Positions 20,929-28,265 of a DNA stretch of 64,000 bases are shown in pieces. How positions within the stretch are numbered: position 1 is the first letter of the stretch; every line of letters begins with the position of its first letter. The translations under genes were made by a program, and so were the position numbers. The notes beneath the pieces were generated by a model. The model had not been told where the DNA came from and did no database searches. It was given only the letters and a program-made list of their open reading frames with translations. Origin of the DNA: Lysobacteraceae bacterium (GTDB lineage: Bacteria > Pseudomonadota > Gammaproteobacteria > Xanthomonadales > Xanthomonadaceae); the NCBI GenBank assembly GCA_035686325.1, contig DASRZN010000196.1:2006-66005 (forward strand), read 5' to 3'.

Positions 20929-21355
20929 CGCCACGGCGCGCGCGGATCGGCCGCGCGCGCCGAAAAAAAAGGCGCCGCGGCCAGGCAGGCCGTGGATGCG
21001 GTTGGTGTCGGGGGATGGGCCGCCGCGAACGCGGGGCCAAGGGCGCAGCCGGCGCCAAGAGGGGTAAATGCCGACGTCCCTGTCGGCGGCGACCATTGAA
21101 GCGAATCTTCACCCGGTCCGCACGTGCCCGGACGCCGCCGGAAGGTGAATACCGGTAGCGGGCACCTCGGTGGGTTCGTACAGAATCAATAACTTGTAGA
21201 TCGACCGCTACCGAAAGCGCACTACCTGAGGTGAATGTTGGTCACCTCGTGACTAGCGGTCACCTCCCGGCGAGCCGGCACAGCTCCCGCACCGGACGGG
21301 GCCAACCCGGACCTCGCCCTTCCCCCGCCATCGCCACCTGCGCCAAGCTGGCCGC

Positions 21356-21835
21356 ATGCTCGACGTCATCCTGCACCAGCCGGAAATACCGCCCAATACC
21401 GGCAACGTGATCCGCCTGTGCGCCAACACCGGCGCGCGGCTGCACCTGGTGGCGCCGCTCGGGTTTTCGCTGGAGGACCGCCAGCTCAGGCGCGCCGGCC
21501 TGGACTACCACGAGTACGCCACGTTGCGGGTGCACGACACGCTCGCGGACGCCCTGCACGCGATCGCCCGGGCGAACGGCGCGCCGGCGCGGGTGTTCGC
21601 GCTCAGCACCCGCGGCACGCGACGCTTCGATGCGCCGCGCTACCAGGCAGGCGACGCCTTCCTGTTCGGCGCGGAAACGCGCGGCCTGCCGGCGGAGGTG
21701 CTGGCCGCGATTCCGGAAGCGCAGCGCCTGCGCCTTCCGATGCGCCCGGAAAGCCGCAGCCTGAACCTGTCCAACACGGTCGCGGTCGTCGTGTACGAAG
21801 CGTGGCGACAACTGGGATTCGACGGCGGCGCGTGA
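21356..21835 (+). CDS. trmL: tRNA (cytidine/uridine-2'-O-)-methyltransferase TrmL (SpoU/TrmH class)
   Basis: 159 aa starting [26 protein letters not shown], with [10 protein letters not shown] and RSLNLSN(T)VAVVVYEA motifs. Confidence 0.92.
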   Translation: MLDVILHQPEIPPNTGNVIRLCANTGARLHLVAPLGFSLEDRQLRRAGLDYHEYATLRVHDTLADALHAIARANGAPARVFALSTRGTRRFDAPRYQAGDAFLFGAETRGLPAEVLAAIPEAQRLRLPMRPESRSLNLSNTVAVVVYEAWRQLGFDGGA

Positions 21836-21960
21836 CTGCGGGGCACGCGCGAAGTTCCGCCGCAACGACGCGCCGCTTCAGTGCGGATTCTGACGCGGCG
21901 GGGACAATGCGCGGCACCGCGCCGGTGCGCGGCCCATAACAAGACATCGGAGAGTCCCCC

Positions 21961-22530
21961 ATGAAGCGTTCCCCCCTGGCTTCCTCCCTCGCCGTCCTCG
22001 CCCTGCTCGCGGCCGTGCCGTTCGCGGCGTCGGCGGCCGAGGGCATTTCCTACAACTACGTCGAAGGTGGCTACTCGGCGACCAACACCGACCTCGCCGA
22101 CGCCGACGGCTGGGGCGTCAAGGGTTCGGTCGCGGTGGCACCGAACTTCCACCTGTTCGGCGACTACGCGCGCCAGGACCTCAACGACTTCGACGCCGAC
22201 TTCGACCAGTGGCGCGTGGGCGTCGGCTACAACCACGAGATCTCGCCGAAGGCCGACCTGCTGACCCGCGTGGCCTACGAGAAGTTCGACGCCGGCGACG
22301 GCCTGGACGCGGACGGCTACAGCGTCGAGGCGGGCGTGCGCGGCGCCCTGACCCGGCGCCTGGAAGGCTACGCGCTGGCCGGCTGGGAAGACGGCGACGA
22401 GTACGACGGCGACTTCTACGGCCGCCTCGGCGCGCAGGTGAAGTTCAACCCGAACTGGGGCCTGTCGGCGGACGTGAAGTTCGTCGAGGGCGACACCCAG
22501 TGGTTCGTCGGTCCGCGCTTCACCTGGTAA
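21961..22530 (+). CDS. Ax21-family outer-membrane beta-barrel protein
   Basis: 189 aa with signal peptide ...PFAASAAEG. ISYNYVEGGY, DADGWGVKGS and the C-terminal WFVGPRFTW match my recollection of Xanthomonas/Stenotrophomonas Ax21. Confidence 0.88.
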   Translation: MKRSPLASSLAVLALLAAVPFAASAAEGISYNYVEGGYSATNTDLADADGWGVKGSVAVAPNFHLFGDYARQDLNDFDADFDQWRVGVGYNHEISPKADLLTRVAYEKFDAGDGLDADGYSVEAGVRGALTRRLEGYALAGWEDGDEYDGDFYGRLGAQVKFNPNWGLSADVKFVEGDTQWFVGPRFTW

Positions 22531-22557
22531 ATCCAGCGGTTCGTCCGCGTGACGCAA

Positions 22558-22586
22558 GCCCGGCCGGCGACGGCCGGGCTTTTTTT
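22558..22586 (+). terminator. Rho-independent terminator of the Ax21-family gene
   Basis: gcccggccg-gcga-cggccgggc followed by T7. Confidence 0.9.
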
Positions 22587-22592
22587 GCATCC

Positions 22593-22615
22593 GCAAAGCG
22601 GAGCTTGCTGCGCTG
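22593..22615. repeat. Degenerate REP-like palindromic element copy
   Basis: gcaaagcggagcttgctgcgctg matches about 19 of 23 positions of the unit gtagagcggagcttgctccgctc. Confidence 0.5.
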
Positions 22616-22680
22616 CACGCCGTCGGCGCGCCCACGCCCAGTCCTGCGCGTTCATTCCTGCGCACTCAATTCCTGTGCGT

Positions 22681-23724
22681 TTATTCCTGTGTAAACAGGC
22701 GAGTCGTGTATTCGGCCTTCTGCTCTCTCGCGAGCAGGCGGCGCAGGCCCTCGGCCGGGGAGATATCGCCGTGCAGCACGTCGCGCACATTGACCGCGAT
22801 CGGCAACTCGACGCCGTGGCGATCGGCCAGGCGCATGACTTCGTCCGCGGTCTGCACGGACTCGACCACCTGGCCGATCTCGCGCACCGCGTCCTGCAGC
22901 GACTGCCCGCGGCCCAGCGCGAGGCCGAGCCGGCGGTTGCGCGACAAATCGCCGGTGCAGGTCAGCACCAGGTCGCCGAGCCCGGCCAGGCCCATCAGGG
23001 TTTCCGGGCGGCCGCCGATCGCGTTGTTGAGGCGCAGCATCTCGTTGAGGCCGCGGGTGATCAGGCCGGCGCGCGCGTTGAGGCCGAGGTCCATGCCGTC
23101 GGCGACGCCGGTGGCGACCGCCAGCACGTTCTTCATCGCGCCGCCGAGCTCGGCGCCGCGCATGTCGTCGCCGGTGTAGGCGCGGAAAGCGGGGCCGTGC
23201 AGCAGTTCGGCGACCTCGCGGGTGAACGCCGCGTCGTCGCCGTGCACGGTCAGCGCGGTCGGCTGGCCGGCGGCGACCTCGCGCGCGAACGACGGCCCGG
23301 TCACCACCGCCAGCGGCACATCGGGGCCGAGCATCTCCGCGGCGACTTCATGCAGGAAGCGGCCGCTGCCCGGTTCGAAGCCCTTGGTCGCCCACGCCAC
23401 GCCGGCGCCCGCGGGCCGCAGCGGCGCGAGCGCGCGCAGGGTCTCGGCGAAGGCGTGCGACGGCACCGCCACCAGCACCAGGCGCGCGTCGCGCAGGGCG
23501 CCGGCGAGGTCGCTGGTGGCGCGCAACGCGTCGGGCAGCGGGGTGCCGGGCAGGTAGCGCGGGTTCTCGTGGCGGGCGGCGATCGCCTCGATCGTCGCCG
23601 CGTCGCGCCCCCACAGCACGACCGGGTGGCCGTGCCGGGCGATCAGGGCGGCGAGCGCGGTGCCCCACGAGCCCGCGCCCAGGACGGCGATCGCGGGCGC
23701 GTGCGCTGGCGTTCCTGCCGTCAT
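22681..23724 (-). CDS. gpsA: NAD(P)H-dependent glycerol-3-phosphate dehydrogenase
   Basis: 347 aa from [25 protein letters not shown], containing the [12 protein letters not shown] motif. Start at ATG 23724, 6 nt after the secB stop. Confidence 0.93.
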   Translation of the reverse strand: MTAGTPAHAPAIAVLGAGSWGTALAALIARHGHPVVLWGRDAATIEAIAARHENPRYLPGTPLPDALRATSDLAGALRDARLVLVAVPSHAFAETLRALAPLRPAGAGVAWATKGFEPGSGRFLHEVAAEMLGPDVPLAVVTGPSFAREVAAGQPTALTVHGDDAAFTREVAELLHGPAFRAYTGDDMRGAELGGAMKNVLAVATGVADGMDLGLNARAGLITRGLNEMLRLNNAIGGRPETLMGLAGLGDLVLTCTGDLSRNRRLGLALGRGQSLQDAVREIGQVVESVQTADEVMRLADRHGVELPIAVNVRDVLHGDISPAEGLRRLLAREQKAEYTTRLFTQE

Positions 23725-23729
23725 GCCGG

Positions 23730-24242
23730 TCAGGCGTTGCCGGCGGCTTCCGTGTCGGCCAGGCCGCCCTGCTGTCCCTGCTGGGCGCGCTGGCGCAGGC
23801 CTTCGGCGTACAGCGCCTCGAAGTTCAGCGGCTGCAGCAGGAACGGCGGGAAGCCGCCGGCCGTGATCAGGTCGCTGATCGCCTGGCGCGCGTACGGGTA
23901 CAGCGCGTTCGGGCAATGGGTGCCGAGCATCGCGTCGAGGGTCTGATCGTCGAAGCCGGCCAGGCCGAACACGCCGGCCTGCTGGACCTCGGCCAGGTAG
24001 GCGGTCTTGTCGCCGACGGTGCAGGTCAGGGTCACGCCGAGCACGACCTCGAAGGCGGTATCGGACAGGCGCTGCACCTTCTGGTTGAGGTTCATCTGCA
24101 GCTGCGGCTGGCCCTGCTCGTTGAACACCTGCGGTGCGCCCGGGGCCTCGAACGAAACGTCCTTGACGTACAGCTTCTCGACGGTGAAGGTCGGGCCTTC
24201 GGCTTGCGGCGCGACAGCGCCATTCAGGGTTTCATCGGCCAT
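23730..24242 (-). CDS. secB: Protein-export chaperone SecB
   Basis: Starts MADETLNG, with [16 protein letters not shown] and [17 protein letters not shown] motifs. The track ORF starts 8 codons upstream. Confidence 0.93.
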   Translation of the reverse strand: MADETLNGAVAPQAEGPTFTVEKLYVKDVSFEAPGAPQVFNEQGQPQLQMNLNQKVQRLSDTAFEVVLGVTLTCTVGDKTAYLAEVQQAGVFGLAGFDDQTLDAMLGTHCPNALYPYARQAISDLITAGGFPPFLLQPLNFEALYAEGLRQRAQQGQQGGLADTEAAGNA

Positions 24243-24340
24243 GGTCGGCTCCGGGAAGGCGGGCAAAGAGGGGAATTATGGCATGCGGGCCGGCGGGCCC
24301 CAGGACTGGGTGGGGCCGCGCGGCGCGGATGCAAGGCCGC

Positions 24341-24778
24341 TCAGGCGCGGCCGCGGGCGAGTGGCAGGTCGGCCTGCTGCCAGGCCTGGATGCCGCCCTC
24401 GAGCACGTAGACCTGCTCGAAGCCGGCCTGCTTCAGCCGCTTGGCGGCGGCGCCGGCGCTTTGCCCGGCCTTGCACACCAGCACCACCGGCAGCGCGCGC
24501 GCGGCCGCCAGTTGCTTGTGCTCGGGATCGAACTGGCTGGGCTGCACGTTCTTCGCGCCGGCGATGTGGCCCTTCTCGAACTCGGCGATCGGGCGCAGGT
24601 CGACCACCAGCGCATTGTCGCGGTTGACCAGCGCGGTCAGGCGCGCGGGCGGGATCCGCTTGTACCCGGTCAGGCGGCCGGCGATTTCGTTGTAGGCGAT
24701 CGCCACGGTCAGGGCGGCCAGGCCCAGCGAGAGGTAGGGGTGGCGGCCGGCGAAGGCCATCAGTTCGGCAAGGGTCAC
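24341..24778 (-). CDS. Rhodanese-domain protein with N-terminal membrane anchor (YibN-like)
   Basis: 145 aa. A hydrophobic N-terminus is followed by a rhodanese fold (VVDLRPIAEFEKGHIAGAKN ... VLVCKAGQSA). It lies upstream of secB-gpsA, as yibN does in E. coli. Confidence 0.85.
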   Translation of the reverse strand: MTLAELMAFAGRHPYLSLGLAALTVAIAYNEIAGRLTGYKRIPPARLTALVNRDNALVVDLRPIAEFEKGHIAGAKNVQPSQFDPEHKQLAAARALPVVLVCKAGQSAGAAAKRLKQAGFEQVYVLEGGIQAWQQADLPLARGRA

Positions 24779-24877
24779 GGGAACGTCTTGAGGACCGCGG
24801 GCCGGCGATTGTCGCCGCTCGCGGCGGGCGGGGCAAAGCCCGGGCGACGAGCCCGGCCGCCGCCCGTCAGCGCGGCG

Positions 24878-25291
24878 TCAGTCCGCCTGCCACAGGTCCG
24901 GCAGGCCGCTGGTGTTCCACCAGGTCTTGGTCGCGGGGTCATAGCGCCAGCGCTCGCTGTAGCGGGTCTGGCGCTCGACCAGGGTGTTGCGGTTGACCAC
25001 GTGGATCAGCACCTCGCGCTGGGCGTCGGTCTCGCCGATGCGCTCGCCGAGCTCGTTGTAGCCGGAGATCTGGATCTGCTTGTAGCGGGCGAACTCGAGC
25101 TCGGTCATCGGGTGCGCCTTGCGCAGCGCCGGGTCGACCAGGTTCCAGGCACCCTCGAAATCGCCCCAGCGGATCGCCGCCGACCAGGCGTACTGCATGT
25201 CGCGCAGTGCGTTGTTGCGGTCCATGGTGGTGGCGCAGCCGGCCAGCGCCAGCAGCGCCGCGAGCATCAGCATTCCCCGCAACAGGCGCAT
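24878..25291 (-). CDS. Lipoprotein of unknown function
   Basis: 137 aa with lipobox LALAGC and high GC3. Confidence 0.7.
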   Translation of the reverse strand: MRLLRGMLMLAALLALAGCATTMDRNNALRDMQYAWSAAIRWGDFEGAWNLVDPALRKAHPMTELEFARYKQIQISGYNELGERIGETDAQREVLIHVVNRNTLVERQTRYSERWRYDPATKTWWNTSGLPDLWQAD

Positions 25292-25321
25292 CGCGTGTCT
25301 CCCCGGTGGTCGGCGGCCATC

Positions 25322-25789
25322 CTACCCCGTCGCGATCGCGACGTAGCGCGCCGTCATGCGGGCGGCATCGCCGCCGCCGGGCAACGCGACCGTGGCGGCG
25401 ATCGTCGCTTCGCCGCGGCCGCGAGCGCGCAGGACGTCGAGCAGCGGCTCCCAGCCCGCGTCCGGGGCGAGCCGCGCGGCCGCCTCGAGGTCGGCGTACA
25501 GCGGCTTGCGGAAGCGCACCGCGCTGTCGGCGACGAACACGTCGGCGCGCAGCCCGGCGGCCTGCAGGCGCAGGGTGACCAGGCCCCAGCCGGCCAGCGT
25601 CATCAGCGACACCAGGCTGCCGCCGAACGCGCAGCCCTTGTCGTTGACGTGGCGCGCGAGCGGCGCGGCCAGGCGCAGGCAGTCGCCGTCGAAGCCGGCG
25701 ATCGCGATGTCCATGGCGGCCACCGGCGGCATCCCGCGGAAGTACGCGGCGAGCGCGTCCAGGCCGGCGGCGTGTGGATCGGTGGGCAT
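25322..25789 (-). CDS. YiiD C-terminal-domain-like (hot-dog fold) putative thioesterase
   Basis: 155 aa. NDKGCAFGGSLVSLMTLAGWG resembles the YiiD_C/DUF4442 type. The family assignment is from memory. Confidence 0.6.
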   Translation of the reverse strand: MPTDPHAAGLDALAAYFRGMPPVAAMDIAIAGFDGDCLRLAAPLARHVNDKGCAFGGSLVSLMTLAGWGLVTLRLQAAGLRADVFVADSAVRFRKPLYADLEAAARLAPDAGWEPLLDVLRARGRGEATIAATVALPGGGDAARMTARYVAIATG

Positions 25790-25805
25790 TGGCTATCCTT
25801 GCCGC

Positions 25806-26594
25806 ATGTCGCGCGCGGCCGCCGGATGCTACGTGATTTCGCTGCGGCCGGTCGGCGCGCACGCGCCGATGCGGCGCGCCGCGGCGCGCACCGGCGCGCG
25901 CGTGCTGGCGTTGTCGCCGTGGCGGATCGTGCAGCGTGACGATGCCGCCGCCCGCCGCGCGCTCGCCGCGGCGCTGGCCGCCGACGTCGTGCTGTTCACC
26001 AGTCCCGCCGCGGTGCAGGCAGCGGCCCGGCTACGCCGGTTGCGGCCGCGGCGCGGGCAGGCCTGGTGCGCAGTCGGCGCCGGCACCGCGGCCGCGTTGC
26101 GGCGCGCCGGCGTGGCCGAGGTGCAGGCGCCTACGCGCATGGACAGCGAGGGCCTGCTGGCGCTGCCGGTGCTGCAGGCGCTGCGCGGGCGCAGTGTCGG
26201 CCTGGTGACCGCGCCCGGCGGCCGCGGCACGCTCGCGCCGGCGCTGGCGCAGCGCGGCGCGCGGGTGCTGCGCGCGGACGTCTACGAACGGATGCCCGTG
26301 CCGCCCTCGCCGGCGGCGCGGGCCCGGTTGCGCGCCCTGCGCGCGCGGCCGTGGCTGGCGCTGGGCAGCGGCGAGGCGCTGGCGCGGCTGCTCGCCGCGT
26401 TGCCGGCGGACGACGCGGCGCGCCTGCGCAGGGCGCGGGTGGTCGCGGCAAGCGAGCGGTTGCGGGCGTTGGCGCGCGCGCAGGGCTTCGCCGAGGACGC
26501 CGTGGTCGCCGCCAGCGCACGCCCCGCCGACCTGCTGGCTGCCGTTCAGGCTGCCGCCCTGCATTCAACGCGGCGCCCACAACCCCCGCGCTAG
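25806..26594 (+). CDS. hemD: Uroporphyrinogen-III synthase
   Basis: 262 aa from MSRAAAGCYVISLRP. HemD pattern present (VLFTSPAAV, AVGAGTAAALRRAG, MDSEGLL). It is followed by hemY. Confidence 0.8.
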   Translation: MSRAAAGCYVISLRPVGAHAPMRRAAARTGARVLALSPWRIVQRDDAAARRALAAALAADVVLFTSPAAVQAAARLRRLRPRRGQAWCAVGAGTAAALRRAGVAEVQAPTRMDSEGLLALPVLQALRGRSVGLVTAPGGRGTLAPALAQRGARVLRADVYERMPVPPSPAARARLRALRARPWLALGSGEALARLLAALPADDAARLRRARVVAASERLRALARAQGFAEDAVVAASARPADLLAAVQAAALHSTRRPQPPR

Positions 26595-26620
26595 CGTGAA
26601 GACCTCGTAAGGAGGTCTCC

Positions 26621-27880
26621 ATGAAGCTGCTGCGCGTGCTGTCCTGGATCGTCCTGCTGGCGCTCGGCCTGGTCGCGGCGCAGTGGTTGCTCGCCGACCC
26701 CGGCTACGTGCTGCTGCGGTTCCGCGGCAGCGACTACACGACCACGGTCGCCTGGCTCGCACTTGGACTGCTCGCCGGCCTGGTGGTGCTGGCGCTGGCA
26801 TGGCAGCTGCTGACCTGGCCGGTGCACGGCTGGCGCCGGCGCCGCGACCGGCGCGCCCGCGCCCGCCTCGGGGAAGGCCTGCAGGCGTTGCACGACGGCG
26901 ACTACGCCAACGCCGAACGCCTGCTCGCCGACGCCGCCTCGGAAGATGCGGAGGTCGCCGCCGCTGCACGCCTGGCCGCGTCGCGCGCCGCGGTCCGGCG
27001 CGGCGACCTCGCCGCCGCGCATGGCCACCTGCACGCGCTCGGCCAGGAGGCCGCGGCCAGCCGCGCGATCGCGTTGGCCGAGCTCGCGCTCGACGCGCAG
27101 CGCCCCACCGATGCCCTGGTCGCGCTCGACGCGCCCGCCGTGCAGCCGCTGCCGCCGCGCGGCCTGCTGCTGCGCGCGCAGGCGCTGGCGGCGTCGGGCC
27201 AGGCCGGCGAAGCCTATGGCCTGATCGGCAGCCTGCGCCAGCAGCAGGCGCTGCCGGCGGTGCGCCTGGACGAACTGCAGGAGCGCTGGGCCGCCGCTTC
27301 GTTGCGCGAGGCGACCGACCCGAACCTGCTCGCCGCGCGCTGGGACGCACTGCCCAAGCCGCTGCGCAGCACGCCGCCGGTGGCCGCCGCCTACGCCCGC
27401 CGCGCCGCCGTCTTCGGCTGGGACGAGGCCGCCCAGCAGGCGCTCGAACAATCGCTCGACGCGCGCTGGGACGAGGGCCTGGTCGCGCTCTACGGCGAAC
27501 TGCCGGTGGCGCGGCGCGATACCAGACTGGCCCACGCCGAACGCTGGCTGCAGGCGCACCCGGCGAGCCCGGCGCTGCTGCTGGTGCTGGGCCGGCTGGC
27601 CCGCGCGCGCGGCGACTGGCCGCGCGCGCAGGACTACCTGCATCAGGCGCTGGCGCAGGGCGCTGGGCACCCAGCCTGGGAGGAGCTCGGCCATGGCTGG
27701 TCGCAGGCCGGCGACGAGTCGCGCGCGCGCCTGGCCTACGCGAACGCGCTGCGCGCCGCCCGCGGCGAACCGGTAGTGCCGATCCCGGCCGCGCCGGAAC
27801 CCGCCTTCGCCGAGGCGACGCCGGAACCGTTGCTGCGCCCGCCGCCGCCGCGCGACCTCCCGCCGCGCCTGCATTCCTGA
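26621..27880 (+). CDS. hemY: HemY-like heme-biosynthesis-associated TPR membrane protein
   Basis: 419 aa with two N-terminal TM helices (HemY_N-like) followed by TPR-like Ala-rich repeats. Located downstream of hemD. Confidence 0.75.
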   Translation: MKLLRVLSWIVLLALGLVAAQWLLADPGYVLLRFRGSDYTTTVAWLALGLLAGLVVLALAWQLLTWPVHGWRRRRDRRARARLGEGLQALHDGDYANAERLLADAASEDAEVAAAARLAASRAAVRRGDLAAAHGHLHALGQEAAASRAIALAELALDAQRPTDALVALDAPAVQPLPPRGLLLRAQALAASGQAGEAYGLIGSLRQQQALPAVRLDELQERWAAASLREATDPNLLAARWDALPKPLRSTPPVAAAYARRAAVFGWDEAAQQALEQSLDARWDEGLVALYGELPVARRDTRLAHAERWLQAHPASPALLLVLGRLARARGDWPRAQDYLHQALAQGAGHPAWEELGHGWSQAGDESRARLAYANALRAARGEPVVPIPAAPEPAFAEATPEPLLRPPPPRDLPPRLHS

Positions 27881-27890
27881 AGGCGGGGAG

Positions 27891-28265
27891 GTGCTGCCGC
27901 CCTCGCTCGACCCTGCCGGGCTGGATGCGCTGCCCGGCTTCCGCCACTGGTTCCGCTACCCGCTGCACGCGCGCGACTTCCACGCCTTGCGCGACGACGG
28001 TCGCCTGCTCGGCCACTACGCGGCCAAGCCGCTGTACGGCCGGCTCGATGCGCGCGGCCGGGTCGACCGCACCGGCGACTTCGACGGGCGCATCGCGGTG
28101 GTGTTCGTGCCGTCGCCGGCGCGTTCGCTGCGGCATGCGCGGCTGTTGCTCGCGCGCGCACCGCGGGCATCGCTGCGCCGCGCCGACGGTCGCCGCGACT
28201 GGCCGCGGATCCGTGCCGGCGCCGAGCGCGCACTGCGGCGCGCGCTGGCGCGCGAGCACGGCTAG
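27891..28265 (+). CDS. Hypothetical protein
   Basis: 124 aa with strongly GC3-biased codons consistent with coding, and a GTG start. Its end overlaps the convergent algC stop by 4 nt. No recognisable family. Confidence 0.45.
   Translation: MLPPSLDPAGLDALPGFRHWFRYPLHARDFHALRDDGRLLGHYAAKPLYGRLDARGRVDRTGDFDGRIAVVFVPSPARSLRHARLLLARAPRASLRRADGRRDWPRIRAGAERALRRALAREHG

Noticed and set aside
20933-20968. Hairpin plus A8 as the natB terminator
   Set aside because: On the plus strand the stem is followed by A residues rather than T, so it is not a canonical intrinsic terminator for natB. The polarity fits a minus-strand transcript instead (see the finding for 20929-21355).
21000-21300. Tested by eye for tRNA, tmRNA, SRP (4.5S) RNA, RNase P RNA, 6S RNA or a cobalamin riboswitch
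   Set aside because: None of the diagnostic motifs are present: the T-loop GGTTCGAATCC, the tmRNA 5' GGGG...3' CCA ends, SRP GGAAGCAGCC, RNase P GGAAAGTCCGG or the B12 box. The region is reported only as an unexplained candidate.
24243-24340. Expected a glutaredoxin gene (grxC) between the rhodanese gene and secB, as in E. coli yibN-grxC-secB-gpsA
   Set aside because: The gap is only 98 bp and holds no ORF. grxC is simply absent from this locus, and I do not consider that remarkable enough to report as a finding.
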